From: an uncultured Clostridia bacterium
GTDB lineage: Bacteria > Bacillota > Clostridia > UBA1381
NCBI GenBank assembly: GCA_947591315.1
Contig: CANQDD010000009.1
Location: forward strand, 5,518-37,517
Reading direction: 5' to 3'
Length of the DNA stretch: 32,000 bases
How positions within the stretch are numbered: position 1 is the stretch's first letter; each line of letters opens with the position of its first letter. Below are positions 14,327-23,480 of this stretch, one piece after another. The notes beneath the pieces were generated by a model that worked only from the letters and a program-made list of their open reading frames with translations, was not told where the DNA came from and did no database searches. Both the position numbers and the translations under genes were made by a program.

Positions 14327-16945
14327 ATGAAAAAATTATTGATTTTGGACTCGAACAGTATACTGAACCGCGCGTTTTACGGCGTGCGGTACCTATCTGC
14401 AAAAGACGGCACACCGACAAACGCGGTGTACGGCTTTCTTAATATTCTGATAAAGCTCATAACCGAGCAGCAGCCCGACTGTATCTGCGCGGCGTTCGAC
14501 CTTAAAGCGCCGACGTTCCGCCATTTGCGCTACGACGGCTACAAGGCGCAGCGTAAGCCGATGCCGGAGGATCTGGCGACACAGATGCCGATTGCGAAGG
14601 ATATACTGCGCGCGATGAACGTCACGATCCTCGAAAAAGAGGGCTACGAGGCTGACGACGTTATAGGCACGGTCGCGCGGATATGCGAGGAAAGCGGCGT
14701 TGAGTGTCTTATCGCCACGGGCGACAAGGACGATCTGCAGCTTGTGAGCGATAAAACGAAGGTTATTCTGACCGTCTCGAAGCAGGGCTACAACGAAACA
14801 ACGGTATACGACGAGGCTGCCGTTAAGGAGCGCTACCATGTAACGCCGACAGAGTTTATCGACGTTAAGGCGCTTATGGGCGACGCGTCGGACAATATCC
14901 CCGGCGTTAAGGGCATAGGCGAAAAGACGGCGATGAGCCTTATAGAAAGATTTCATTCGGTAGAGTATATATATGAAAATATTGACAGCATAGGTCTTAA
15001 GGGTGCGGCGCTGCAGAAGATGAAGGACGGCAAAGATATGGCGTTTTTGTCTAAGGAGCTTGCGACGATCGTGCGCGATGTGCCCGTTGAGCTCGATTTT
15101 GACGCGTGCGCGTGGAGCGGCTATGGGAATAACGCGGAGCTTTACAATATCCTGCACGGTCTGGATCTCAACAGCGTCATAAAGAAAATGGAGCTTACGC
15201 CCCAAAGCGGCGCGGTCGTGACGGAGGAAGAGGATATTCTCGGCGGTATGACATTTGAGGTGGTTAAGACCGCGGCGGCGGTCGGTATTATCGGCAACGC
15301 GGCGGCGGTCGTGCTTGAAACGGACGGCGCGCGCGTTACGGCTATGGCTGCCGCGGCGGGTAAAAAGGCGTTCGTTATCACGGGCGCGGATATTACGGAC
15401 ACTGTTAAGCCGTTTCTGGAGGACGAAAATATAAAGAAAATCACGTTCGATATAAAGGAGGCTATCGTGAGCCTCAGCGGGCGCGTGAAAATAAACGGTA
15501 TCGTTGACGATACGGCGATCGGCGCGTACCTTGTCGATCCCGCGAAAAACAGGTATACGATAGAATCGCTCGCCGAGGAGTATTTCGGCGCGGAGATAGA
15601 AAAGCCGAAGGAAAAGCAGCTGTCGCTGCTCGACGATGACGACGAGGGACGCGAGGAGTACCTCGCGAAATGTGCCGTCGCGCTCGGCGCGCTCAACGAG
15701 CGTGTGACAAAAAAAATGGAGGAAAACGGTCAGACGGAGCTTTACCGCGAGGTGGAGCTTCCGCTTGTCGAGGTTCTGGCGCACCTCGAAATAAACGGCT
15801 TCCTCGTGGACGATAAGCAGCTTCGTGAGTTTGCGGCGACACTCGGCGCGCAGATCGACACGCTCACAGCCATGATTTACGAAACGGCGGGTGAGACGTT
15901 CAACATAAATTCGCCGAAGCAGCTCGGCGTTATACTGTATGAAAAGCTCGGCTTGAAGCCTGTGAAAAAGACGAGAACCGGCTATTCCACAAACGCGGAC
16001 ACGCTCGAAAAGCTGCATCACCCGATTATAGACATGATTTTGGAGTACCGAAGCCTCACGAAGCTCAAAAGCACGTACTGCGATGGGCTGGCGGCGGTCG
16101 TAAACCCCGAAACGCACCGCATACATTCGGTGTTCACGCAGACGGTGACGGTCACGGGCAGGCTTTCGTCAACCGAGCCGAATTTGCAGAATATCCCGAC
16201 AAGGACGGCTCTCGGACGTGAGATACGCAAAATGTTTATCGCGAAGGACGGTTATGTGCTTGTGGACGCGGACTACTCGCAGATTGAGCTTCGGGTGCTC
16301 GCGCATATAGCGAACGACGAAACGATGATAAACGCGTTCAAAAACGGCGAGGATATTCACGCCGTTACAGCGTCGCAGGTGCTCGGTATACCGCTTGACG
16401 CGGTGACAAAGGAGCAGCGTTCGAGCGCGAAGGCGGTAAATTTCGGTATCGTGTACGGTATCGGTGAGTTCTCGCTCGCGCAGGATCTGCATATAAGCGT
16501 AAAGGAAGCGAAGGCGTATATAGACGGCTACCTCGAAAAGTACCACGGCGTGCGCAATTATATGACGGAGATCAAGGAGCGCGCGAAAAAGGACGGGTAC
16601 GTTAAGACGATGATGAACCGCATACGGTATATACCGGAGCTTAAGTCGCCGAATTACAATGTGCGGCAGTTCGGTGAGCGCGTCGCGCTGAACACGCCTA
16701 TTCAGGGCAGCGCGGCGGATATTATTAAGCTTGCGATGGTGCGCGTGGACAGGCGGCTCATAAGCGAGGGGTTACGGTCGCGGCTGATTCTTCAGGTGCA
16801 TGACGAGCTTATCGTCGAGGCGCATAAGGACGAGGTGGACGAGGTAAAGCGTATACTGCTTGAGGAAATGCAGGGCGCCGCGGATATGCAAGTGCCGCTT
16901 AAGGCGGATATTTCCGTGGGTCATAGCTGGTATGATGCGAAATAA
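14327..16945 (+). CDS. polA: DNA polymerase I
   Basis: 5' nuclease domain (LLILDSNSILNRAFYG, GDKDDLQL, IPGVKGIGEKTA). The central 3'-5' exo-like domain lacks obvious DxE/NxxYD motifs, like the Bst type. Polymerase motifs DYSQIELRVLAH, RSSAKAVNFGIVYG and QVHDELIVE. I chose the ATG at 14327 with an AAAGGA RBS. Confidence 0.95.
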   Translation: MKKLLILDSNSILNRAFYGVRYLSAKDGTPTNAVYGFLNILIKLITEQQPDCICAAFDLKAPTFRHLRYDGYKAQRKPMPEDLATQMPIAKDILRAMNVTILEKEGYEADDVIGTVARICEESGVECLIATGDKDDLQLVSDKTKVILTVSKQGYNETTVYDEAAVKERYHVTPTEFIDVKALMGDASDNIPGVKGIGEKTAMSLIERFHSVEYIYENIDSIGLKGAALQKMKDGKDMAFLSKELATIVRDVPVELDFDACAWSGYGNNAELYNILHGLDLNSVIKKMELTPQSGAVVTEEEDILGGMTFEVVKTAAAVGIIGNAAAVVLETDGARVTAMAAAAGKKAFVITGADITDTVKPFLEDENIKKITFDIKEAIVSLSGRVKINGIVDDTAIGAYLVDPAKNRYTIESLAEEYFGAEIEKPKEKQLSLLDDDDEGREEYLAKCAVALGALNERVTKKMEENGQTELYREVELPLVEVLAHLEINGFLVDDKQLREFAATLGAQIDTLTAMIYETAGETFNINSPKQLGVILYEKLGLKPVKKTRTGYSTNADTLEKLHHPIIDMILEYRSLTKLKSTYCDGLAAVVNPETHRIHSVFTQTVTVTGRLSSTEPNLQNIPTRTALGREIRKMFIAKDGYVLVDADYSQIELRVLAHIANDETMINAFKNGEDIHAVTASQVLGIPLDAVTKEQRSSAKAVNFGIVYGIGEFSLAQDLHISVKEAKAYIDGYLEKYHGVRNYMTEIKERAKKDGYVKTMMNRIRYIPELKSPNYNVRQFGERVALNTPIQGSAADIIKLAMVRVDRRLISEGLRSRLILQVHDELIVEAHKDEVDEVKRILLEEMQGAADMQVPLKADISVGHSWYDAK

Positions 16946-16969
16946 ATTATGATTTATATGTGTAAATGC

Positions 16970-17319
16970 GGGCGACCGCAAGGGTCGCCCCTACGTGAGG
17001 CTCCCCTTGAGGGGAGCTGTCGCTGAAGGCGACTGAGAGGTGGTTTTTAATTCGTTGCCACCTCTCCGTCATCGCTTCGCGATGCCACCTCTCCTCAAGG
17101 AGAGGCTCACGATGTGCGCCGCTCACCGTAAGGCTTCCCCTTGAGGGGAAGCTGTCACGAAGTGACTGATGAGGTGTACGACGCTTTAGCGTCGTAGGCA
17201 TGTTGCGTAGCAACAAATGCCGTAGCAAGTGTAGCCCGTTAGGGCGTTATATTTTCAAAATTTGTGAAATAACACCTCATCCACCGCTGCGCGGTCCCCC
17301 TTCCCCTCAAGGGGAAGGC
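16970..17319. repeat. Modular GC-hairpin repeat cluster 3
   Basis: Hairpins: GGGCGACC/GGTCGCCC, GCTCCCC/GGGGAGC (17000-17017), GTCGC/GCGAC (17019-17033), GAGGTGG...CCACCTC (17037-17064), GCTTCCCC/GGGGAAGC, GTCAC/GTGAC, GGCATGTTGC/GCAACAAATGCC (17197-17221). Long-range pairing occurs between 17168-17177 and 17272-17281. Confidence 0.8.
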
Positions 17320-17361
17320 TAATAAATCACAATTTACCGCACAAGGGAAGGAGATATAACC

Positions 17362-18204
17362 ATGAAAAAAATATTTCTATTTATAACCGCGCTTATAATG
17401 CTCGCGTCATGCGGGGCGCAGAAGGCGGAGGACAACGGTAAAATCGACGTTTACGCGTCGTTCTACCCCGTGTACGACTTTGCGCGCACGATAGGCGGCG
17501 ACGATATTAACCTGACCGCCGTCGTGCGTTCCGGCGCGGAGCCGCACGGGTTCGAGCCCACTGCAGCCGACATAGCGAAAATAAGCGAGGCGGACGTGTT
17601 CCTCTACCATGGCAACGGCACGGACGCATGGGCTGAAAAAATCGCGGAAACGCTCCCCGACAGCGTTATGAAGGTGCGGCTGTCGGACGCGGACACTGTC
17701 GCCAAGGGTGACGCGCACACGTGGCTCAGTCTGCAAAATGCGGAGGGTGAGCTTGAGGCGGTGTGCAATGCGCTCACGGAAGCCGACGGAAACGATGAAA
17801 ACGACGCAAAGTATTCAGACCGTCTGAACGAGTACACGGCGAAGCTCGACGCGCTTAAAGCGGAGTACGAGGCGGCAAATCTCACGGCTGTGCCGCTTGC
17901 GGCGGCGCACAACGCTTACCGCGCGCTGTGCTATGAAACGGCTATGAATTATCTGCCGATAGACTCGGTTACAGGCGGCGAACCGTCGCCCGCGCAGCTT
18001 GCCGAGGTGGTAAAGAGCATAAAGGATAAGGGCGCGAAGTGCGTTTTCTACGACCCTATCGACGGCGACAAGCTCGCAGACAGCGCGGCGCGTGAGGCGG
18101 GAATTGAAACTGCCGAGCTTTACGCGTTCGAGGGCGACAGTGAAAACCGCGACTATGAAACGGTTATGCGCTTTAATCTCGAACAGCTCAAAAAAGCGAA
18201 ATAA
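17362..18204 (+). CDS. Metal ABC transporter substrate-binding lipoprotein (ZnuA/TroA family)
   Basis: Lipobox LMLASC. VYASFYPVYDFA, GAEPHGFEP and DAHTWLS are metal-ligand contexts typical of cluster A-I binding proteins. Confidence 0.8.
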   Translation: MKKIFLFITALIMLASCGAQKAEDNGKIDVYASFYPVYDFARTIGGDDINLTAVVRSGAEPHGFEPTAADIAKISEADVFLYHGNGTDAWAEKIAETLPDSVMKVRLSDADTVAKGDAHTWLSLQNAEGELEAVCNALTEADGNDENDAKYSDRLNEYTAKLDALKAEYEAANLTAVPLAAAHNAYRALCYETAMNYLPIDSVTGGEPSPAQLAEVVKSIKDKGAKCVFYDPIDGDKLADSAAREAGIETAELYAFEGDSENRDYETVMRFNLEQLKKAK

Positions 18205-18213
18205 ATTTCATAC

Positions 18214-18246
18214 AAAAAAACTCCGGCTAACAAGCCGGAGTTTTTT
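18214..18246. terminator. Bidirectional intrinsic terminator (binding-protein gene / rplQ)
   Basis: AAAAAAA-CTCCGGC-TAACAA-GCCGGAG-TTTTTT. Confidence 0.8.
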
Positions 18247-18255
18247 ATTGTTTTA

Positions 18256-18600
18256 TTAGTCTACAAGCTCTAAAAGCGCCATGGGAGCGCTGTCGCCGCG
18301 GCGGGGTCCGAGCTTGTAAATTCTCGTGTAACCGCCGTTTCTGTCAGCGTACTTGGGAGCAATTTCAGAGAAAACCTTTGTTACAACGTCCTCACTGGTG
18401 ATGAACTCCAAAGCCTGACGGCGCGAGTGTAATGTATTTTTCTTACCGAGAGTAATCATCTTTTCAGCCAAGCTCTGTGTTTCCTTGGCTCTCGTCTCGG
18501 TGGTTTCAATCCTACCGTTGTCGAGGAAGCTCGTTACGAGATTTCGCAGCATAGCCTTTCTCTGGTCGGTAGGTCTGCCTAACTTTCTTGTTCCCGGCAT
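18256..18600 (-). CDS. rplQ: 50S ribosomal protein L17
   Basis: [16 protein letters not shown]...TTETRAKE; last gene of the alpha operon. Confidence 0.95.
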   Translation of the reverse strand: MPGTRKLGRPTDQRKAMLRNLVTSFLDNGRIETTETRAKETQSLAEKMITLGKKNTLHSRRQALEFITSEDVVTKVFSEIAPKYADRNGGYTRIYKLGPRRGDSAPMALLELVD

Positions 18601-18628
18601 AATTGTACCTCCTAATCAGTATTGGTTA

Positions 18629-19579
18629 TCAATCTTCCTCTTTCTTTAAGTAAAGACCTAAACCGTTCAATTTGTTTATGACTTCTTCAAGCGACTTTCT
18701 TCCGAGATTTCTTACCTTCATCATGTCCTCCTCGGACTTGTTCGTAAGATCCTCTACCGTGTTGATGCCTGCGCGCTTTAAGCAGTTGTACGAACGAACA
18801 GAAAGGTCGAGCTCCTCGATAGTCATTTCGAGAACCTTCTCCTTCTTGTTCTCCTCCTTCTCAACGATGATTTCGGCGTTCTTTGCGTCATCCGAAAGGT
18901 CAACGAAGAGCGAGAGAAGGTCGTTCATAATCTTCGCGGCGAGCGATACAGCCTCGTCAGGCTTGATCGTACCGTTCGTCCACACCTCAACCGCCAATTC
19001 TTCTCTATCCGTGTATTGACCGACACGTGTATTTTCAACCGTGTAGTTCACCTTGGTTACAGGAGTATAGATAGAATCCACGGGAATTACTCCGATTACG
19101 GGCTGCATGTCCTGCTTGTTCCTGTCGGCGCCGACATAGCCTCTGCCCTTTGAAAGAGTGATTTCCATGTAAAGGTTTGCGTCGTCGTTAAGCGTCGCGA
19201 TGTGAAGGTCGGGATTGAATATCTCAACGTCATCGTCACGCTTTATATCGCCCGCAGTTATTTCCTGCGCGCCCTTTGCTTCGATGTATACGGTCTTGGG
19301 AAGGTCGCCGTGTATTTTGAGAGCGAGCTTCTTTATGTTAAGGATAAGCTCCGTAACATCTTCCGTAACACCGGGGACGGTGGAAAACTCATGCTGCACG
19401 CCTTCAATCTTAACCGAGGTCGCAGCCGCACCGGGCAATGATGAAAGTAATATTCTACGAAGCGAATTGCCGAGCGTCGTACCGTAGCCGCGCTCCAGCG
19501 GTGATACGACGAACTTGCCGTATCTGCCGTCCTCGCTCATCTCAACGCATTCTATATTAGGCTTTTCCATTTCTATCAT
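18629..19579 (-). CDS. rpoA: DNA-directed RNA polymerase alpha subunit
   Basis: [26 protein letters not shown]; C-terminal domain [16 protein letters not shown]. Confidence 0.95.
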   Translation of the reverse strand: MIEMEKPNIECVEMSEDGRYGKFVVSPLERGYGTTLGNSLRRILLSSLPGAAATSVKIEGVQHEFSTVPGVTEDVTELILNIKKLALKIHGDLPKTVYIEAKGAQEITAGDIKRDDDVEIFNPDLHIATLNDDANLYMEITLSKGRGYVGADRNKQDMQPVIGVIPVDSIYTPVTKVNYTVENTRVGQYTDREELAVEVWTNGTIKPDEAVSLAAKIMNDLLSLFVDLSDDAKNAEIIVEKEENKKEKVLEMTIEELDLSVRSYNCLKRAGINTVEDLTNKSEEDMMKVRNLGRKSLEEVINKLNGLGLYLKKEED

Positions 19580-19682
19580 TTAAGAACCCTCCTAATTTTA
19601 AATTTACATACTATATCCACTTACCGAGGGTACCGTTTCACCTGCCCGCAAAGCGCGGATAAGGCGAAACAGTAATATGCTA

Positions 19683-20276
19683 TTACTTAGAATAAAGCTC
19701 GACAATACGCTGCTCTTCAACCTCATAATCAATGTCGTCTCTCTCAGCGAGCGTGATAACCTTGCCGGTGAGAGTGTTTCTGTCCATTGAAAGCCACTTG
19801 GGGATTACTCTGTTCGCGTTCGTTTCAACGATTTCCTTTATTCTCGCAGAGTTCTTGCTCTTCTCCTTAACGGCGATTACGTCGCCCGCCTTGACAAGAT
19901 ATGAAGGAATGTCAACCTTCTTGCCGTTTACCGTGATGTGAGCGTGGTTAACGATCTGTCTTGCCTCGCGTCTCGTGTTCGCCAAACCTAATCTGTATAC
20001 TACGTTGTCAAGTCTTGACTCAAGAATCTGAAGGAGCATTTCACCTGTTATGCCCTGTCTCTTTGTCGCCATTACATAGTACTTGCGGAACTGCTTCTCA
20101 AGTACACCGTATATAAACTTAACCTTCTGCTTCTCATTGAGCTGCAAGCCGTACTCGGACTGCTTTCTTCTCGTCTGCTTCGGGTTTCTGTTAGACTTCT
20201 TGTCTATACCCATCGTCGGCGGATTTATACCCAATGTTCTGCATCTCTTCAAAACGGGTTGTTTATTAACTGCCAT
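19683..20276 (-). CDS. rpsD: 30S ribosomal protein S4
   Basis: SEYGLQLNEKQKVKFIYG, RLDNVVYRLG. I chose the ATG at 20276 (GGAGG RBS) over the one at 20339. Confidence 0.9.
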   Translation of the reverse strand: MAVNKQPVLKRCRTLGINPPTMGIDKKSNRNPKQTRRKQSEYGLQLNEKQKVKFIYGVLEKQFRKYYVMATKRQGITGEMLLQILESRLDNVVYRLGLANTRREARQIVNHAHITVNGKKVDIPSYLVKAGDVIAVKEKSKNSARIKEIVETNANRVIPKWLSMDRNTLTGKVITLAERDDIDYEVEEQRIVELYSK

Positions 20277-20308
20277 TTTATTGTTTCCTCCTTCTACAAT
20301 AATACCAA

Positions 20309-20707
20309 TCAGACTCTTCTGCGCTTCGGAGGTCTGCATCCGTTATGAGGAATGGGCGTTACGTCCTTAATCATCGTAACGTCGAGACCTGTAGCCTGCA
20401 AAGCTCTTATAGCCGCCTCACGTCCCGCGCCGGGGCCCTTTACGTAAACCTCAACTGTTTTCATGCCGTGCTCCATAGCAGCCTTCGCCGCTGTTTCCGC
20501 AGCTGTCTGAGCCGCGAACGGAGTGCTCTTTCTTGAACCGCGGAAGCCTAAACCGCCCGCGCTTGCCCACGATATTGCGTTGCCCGCCGTATCGGTGATT
20601 GTGATTATTGTATTGTTAAAGGTTGAACTGATATGAGCAGCGCCCTTTTCAACATTCTTTCTGTCACGACGTCTTGTTCTTGTCGTTCTCTTTGCTACCT
20701 TAGCCAT
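20309..20707 (-). CDS. rpsK: 30S ribosomal protein S11
   Basis: [18 protein letters not shown]...[14 protein letters not shown]. Confidence 0.95.
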   Translation of the reverse strand: MAKVAKRTTRTRRRDRKNVEKGAAHISSTFNNTIITITDTAGNAISWASAGGLGFRGSRKSTPFAAQTAAETAAKAAMEHGMKTVEVYVKGPGAGREAAIRALQATGLDVTMIKDVTPIPHNGCRPPKRRRV

Positions 20708-20728
20708 TCGGTTAGTCCCTCCTTTATA

Positions 20729-21097
20729 TTATTTCTTCTTGCCCGCGATCGTCCTTGCAGGACCCTTGCGGGTTCTCGCATTGTTCTTCGTGTTCTGTCC
20801 TCTTACCGGCAGACCTTTTCTGTGACGAATGCCTCTGTAGCATCCGATTTCCATAAGGCGCTTGATGTCGAGCGCTATCTGACGGCGGAGGTCACCCTCA
20901 ACCGTGTACTCGGCGTCTATAACCTCACGGAGCTTACTAACGTCTGTTTCCGTCAAATCCTTAACTCTCGTGTCGGGATTTATGCCTGTCTTATCAAGGA
21001 TTTTCTGAGAACTCTTAAGACCAATACCGTATATATAGGTAAGACCAACTTCAACTCTCTTTTCTCTTGGTAAGTCAACACCTGCTATTCTTGCCAT
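20729..21097 (-). CDS. rpsM: 30S ribosomal protein S13
   Basis: [26 protein letters not shown]...[17 protein letters not shown]. Confidence 0.95.
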   Translation of the reverse strand: MARIAGVDLPREKRVEVGLTYIYGIGLKSSQKILDKTGINPDTRVKDLTETDVSKLREVIDAEYTVEGDLRRQIALDIKRLMEIGCYRGIRHRKGLPVRGQNTKNNARTRKGPARTIAGKKK

Positions 21098-21372
21098 ACT
21101 TTTCTACACCTCCATAAAAGATATCATCAAAAAATTTTTAGTGTTGCTATTTAAAACCCGTTCAAGCTGTTTTGTTTCCCCTTGGCAAGTCGGTTCCGCA
21201 AAACCAGCCGCGCTTGAACAAGTCATAAACAAATTTGTAAATATACGAACCCACACAATATAGCGCGATAAAAAGTTCAGATTTGAGTGCAGATCGGATT
21301 TTCTTGACTGCCGCCGCGTACTCGTGTACGCAAGGTGGGCAAAAAATTCGATATGTGCCAAATATGAATTTT

Positions 21373-21486
21373 TTATCCTTGCTTTTGCTTGTGCTTTGGA
21401 TTTTCACATATAATCATTATCTTGCCTTTTCTCTTAATTATCTTGCATTTTTCGCAAATCGGTTTAACCGACGGACGTACTTTCAT
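21373..21486 (-). CDS. rpmJ: 50S ribosomal protein L36 (not in the ORF track; read manually)
   Basis: The reverse-strand translation is [37 protein letters not shown] followed by a stop. Confidence 0.9.
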   Translation of the reverse strand: MKVRPSVKPICEKCKIIKRKGKIMIICENPKHKQKQG

Positions 21487-21500
21487 TTCCGTATACCTCC

Positions 21501-21719
21501 CTATTTACTTCTCCAGGTGATACGTCCTCTTGTGAGGTCATACGGGCTCATTTCGAGCGTAACCTTGTCACCCGGTAAAATCTTTATAAAGTTCATTCTG
21601 AGCTTGCCCGAAATGTGCGCCAGCACCTGATGTCCGTTCTCAAGCTCTACCTTAAACATAGCGTTGGGCAGGTTCTCAACAACCGTGCCTTCCAGTTCCA
21701 ATACATCTTCCTTAGCCAA
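21501..21719 (-). CDS. infA: Translation initiation factor IF-1
   Basis: [53 protein letters not shown]. Confidence 0.95.
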   Translation of the reverse strand: MAKEDVLELEGTVVENLPNAMFKVELENGHQVLAHISGKLRMNFIKILPGDKVTLEMSPYDLTRGRITWRSK

Positions 21720-21735
21720 GTTATATCCTCCTACC

Positions 21736-21999
21736 TTAACTCTCGTTATATTCCGACAGCGCTTTGCGCACCTCCGAATTTGTTACCTTGCCCGCCGTTT
21801 CGAGCTTGTTCCTTATAAACTCCGAAACGGTATGGCTCGGCTGAAGGTGTTTGAGCTTTTTCTTTTTCGGGCGGTCTACCTTCCGAAGCTCCCCGTTCGC
21901 GAGGTATGCGTAATCGCCCTCGCGCGAGATAACTATGAATAAATCGCCCTTATCGCGTCCGGCTGTGGAACGGACTACCATTCCCGCAGAAACCTCCAT
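21736..21999 (-). CDS. KOW-domain RNA-binding protein found between map and infA
   Basis: [19 protein letters not shown] is a KOW-like motif. The position is conserved in Clostridia ribosomal clusters (from memory). Confidence 0.65.
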   Translation of the reverse strand: MEVSAGMVVRSTAGRDKGDLFIVISREGDYAYLANGELRKVDRPKKKKLKHLQPSHTVSEFIRNKLETAGKVTNSEVRKALSEYNES

Positions 22000-22009
22000 A
22001 CCATCACCC

Positions 22010-22756
22010 CTATAACGTCAATATTTCATAACCGTCTTTGGTAATCAGTACGGTATTTTCATAGTGCGCCGCCAGACTTCCGTCGTCCGTGACGACCGTC
22101 CAGTCGTTGTCGAGCAGCGCGACCTTGTAGCCGCCGGCGGTTATCATCGGCTCTATCGCGAGCGTCATACCCGCGGCAAGCTTTACGCCGTGTCCCGCTT
22201 TGCCGAAATTCGGCACGTTCGGATCCTCGTGAAGCGCCTGACCTATTCCGTGACCTACGAGGTCACGCACAACGCCGCAGCCGCGGCTTTCGGCGTATTC
22301 CTGTATCGCGTGCGACACGTCGCCGAGCCTTGCTCCATGCTTCAGGTACTTCAAGCCCTCGAAGAAGCTCTCGCGCGTAACGTCTATAAGCCGCTGCGCC
22401 TCCGGTGAGATTTTGCCGACGCCGAAGGTTCTTGCCATGTCGCTGTGCCAGCCGTCAAGAACCGCGCCCATGTCGATGCTTATGATGTCGCCTTCCTTAA
22501 GCACTGTATGCTTAGAGGGTATTCCGTGGACAACCTCGTCGTTTACCGACGCACATATACTGCCCGGGAAACCGTTGTAGTTGAGGAAGTTCGGCTTCGC
22601 GCCCTTCGACACGATGTAGTCATGCGCTATCTTGTCGAGGTATGCCGTCGAAACGCCCGGCTTTACAGCCTTTTCTATGAGGTCAACGGCTTCCTTTGCA
22701 ATCTTTGCCGATAAACGCATTTTTTCAACCTGTTTGGCTGATTTTATGGTAATCAT
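22010..22756 (-). CDS. map: Type I methionine aminopeptidase
   Basis: VHGIP, DISIDMGA...DGWHSDMARTF, GHGIG, EPMI and HYENT metal-ligand contexts. Confidence 0.95.
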   Translation of the reverse strand: MITIKSAKQVEKMRLSAKIAKEAVDLIEKAVKPGVSTAYLDKIAHDYIVSKGAKPNFLNYNGFPGSICASVNDEVVHGIPSKHTVLKEGDIISIDMGAVLDGWHSDMARTFGVGKISPEAQRLIDVTRESFFEGLKYLKHGARLGDVSHAIQEYAESRGCGVVRDLVGHGIGQALHEDPNVPNFGKAGHGVKLAAGMTLAIEPMITAGGYKVALLDNDWTVVTDDGSLAAHYENTVLITKDGYEILTL

Positions 22757-22773
22757 ACCGACCGTCCCCTCAC

Positions 22774-23409
22774 TTATTCGATACCGAGAGCTTCAAGGAC
22801 GTTCTTTGTCGTGTCCTCAACCTTGTCGGCTCCCGACGCCGTTACAAGAAGTCCCGCTTTCGCGTAGTAATCCTTGATAGGCTCCGTCTGCTCGTGGTAT
22901 ACATTCAGACGGTTCTTTATAGTTTCGGGGTTGTCGTCGGCGCGCTGTATAAGCTCGCCGCCGCACTTGTCGCACTTGCCCTCCACAGCGGGCTTGTTGA
23001 AAAGCACGCTGTACGGCGCGCCGCACTTTGAGCACTCGCGGCGTGACGAAAGTCTCTCGACGATAACATCGTCGTCAACCTCAAGCGATAAAACCTTGTC
23101 AATCTTAACGCCCGACGCCGTGAGCGCCTCCGCCTGCGCGGTCGTGCGCGGAAAGCCGTCAAGTATGAAGCCCTTTTCGCAGTCGGGCTTTGCAAGTCTG
23201 TCCTTTACAATCGCCACGATTACGTCGTCGGGAACAAGCTTGCCTTCGTTGATATAGCCCTCCGCAAGCTTGCCGACCTCGGTCTGTTCCTTGATAGCGT
23301 TTCTCAGCATAACTCCCGTCGAGATAGTATCAATGCCCAGACGCTTCGATAAAATCTCACCCTGAGTGCCTTTGCCCGCGCCCGGAGGTCCCATCAGTAC
23401 CAGTTTCAT
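22774..23409 (-). CDS. adk: Adenylate kinase (zinc-lid type)
   Basis: MKLVLMGPPGAGKGTQ; lid CSKCG...CDKCGG. I chose the ATG at 23409. Confidence 0.95.
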   Translation of the reverse strand: MKLVLMGPPGAGKGTQGEILSKRLGIDTISTGVMLRNAIKEQTEVGKLAEGYINEGKLVPDDVIVAIVKDRLAKPDCEKGFILDGFPRTTAQAEALTASGVKIDKVLSLEVDDDVIVERLSSRRECSKCGAPYSVLFNKPAVEGKCDKCGGELIQRADDNPETIKNRLNVYHEQTEPIKDYYAKAGLLVTASGADKVEDTTKNVLEALGIE

Positions 23410-23480
23410 AAACCTGTTCCCGCCTTTCTTCATTATACTGTAATCTTAAATTTTCTGATTTGAGCACCTACTACAGAATT

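Noticed and set aside
14393-16126. 577-aa ORF antisense to polA
   Set aside because: It lies entirely inside, and opposite to, a gene with unmistakable Pol I motifs. The translation is Arg/Leu/Val-rich low-information sequence typical of the antisense frame of GC-rich genes. No RBS.
16947-17228. 93-aa minus-strand ORF in repeat cluster 3
   Set aside because: It is a read-through of the hairpin modules (peptides such as SFPSRGSL and GATLAVAR come from the palindromic repeats). No RBS, and the frame is not distinguishable from chance in GC hairpins.
4639-17319. CRISPR-array interpretation of the three hairpin-repeat clusters
   Set aside because: The repeats differ from one another, occur in both orientations and are not regularly spaced with unique spacers. 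No cas genes are present.
21104-21407. 85-aa and 81-aa minus-strand ORFs in the rpmJ-rpsM spacer
   Set aside because: They are overlapping alternative frames, neither has an RBS, and one overlaps the true rpmJ coding sequence.
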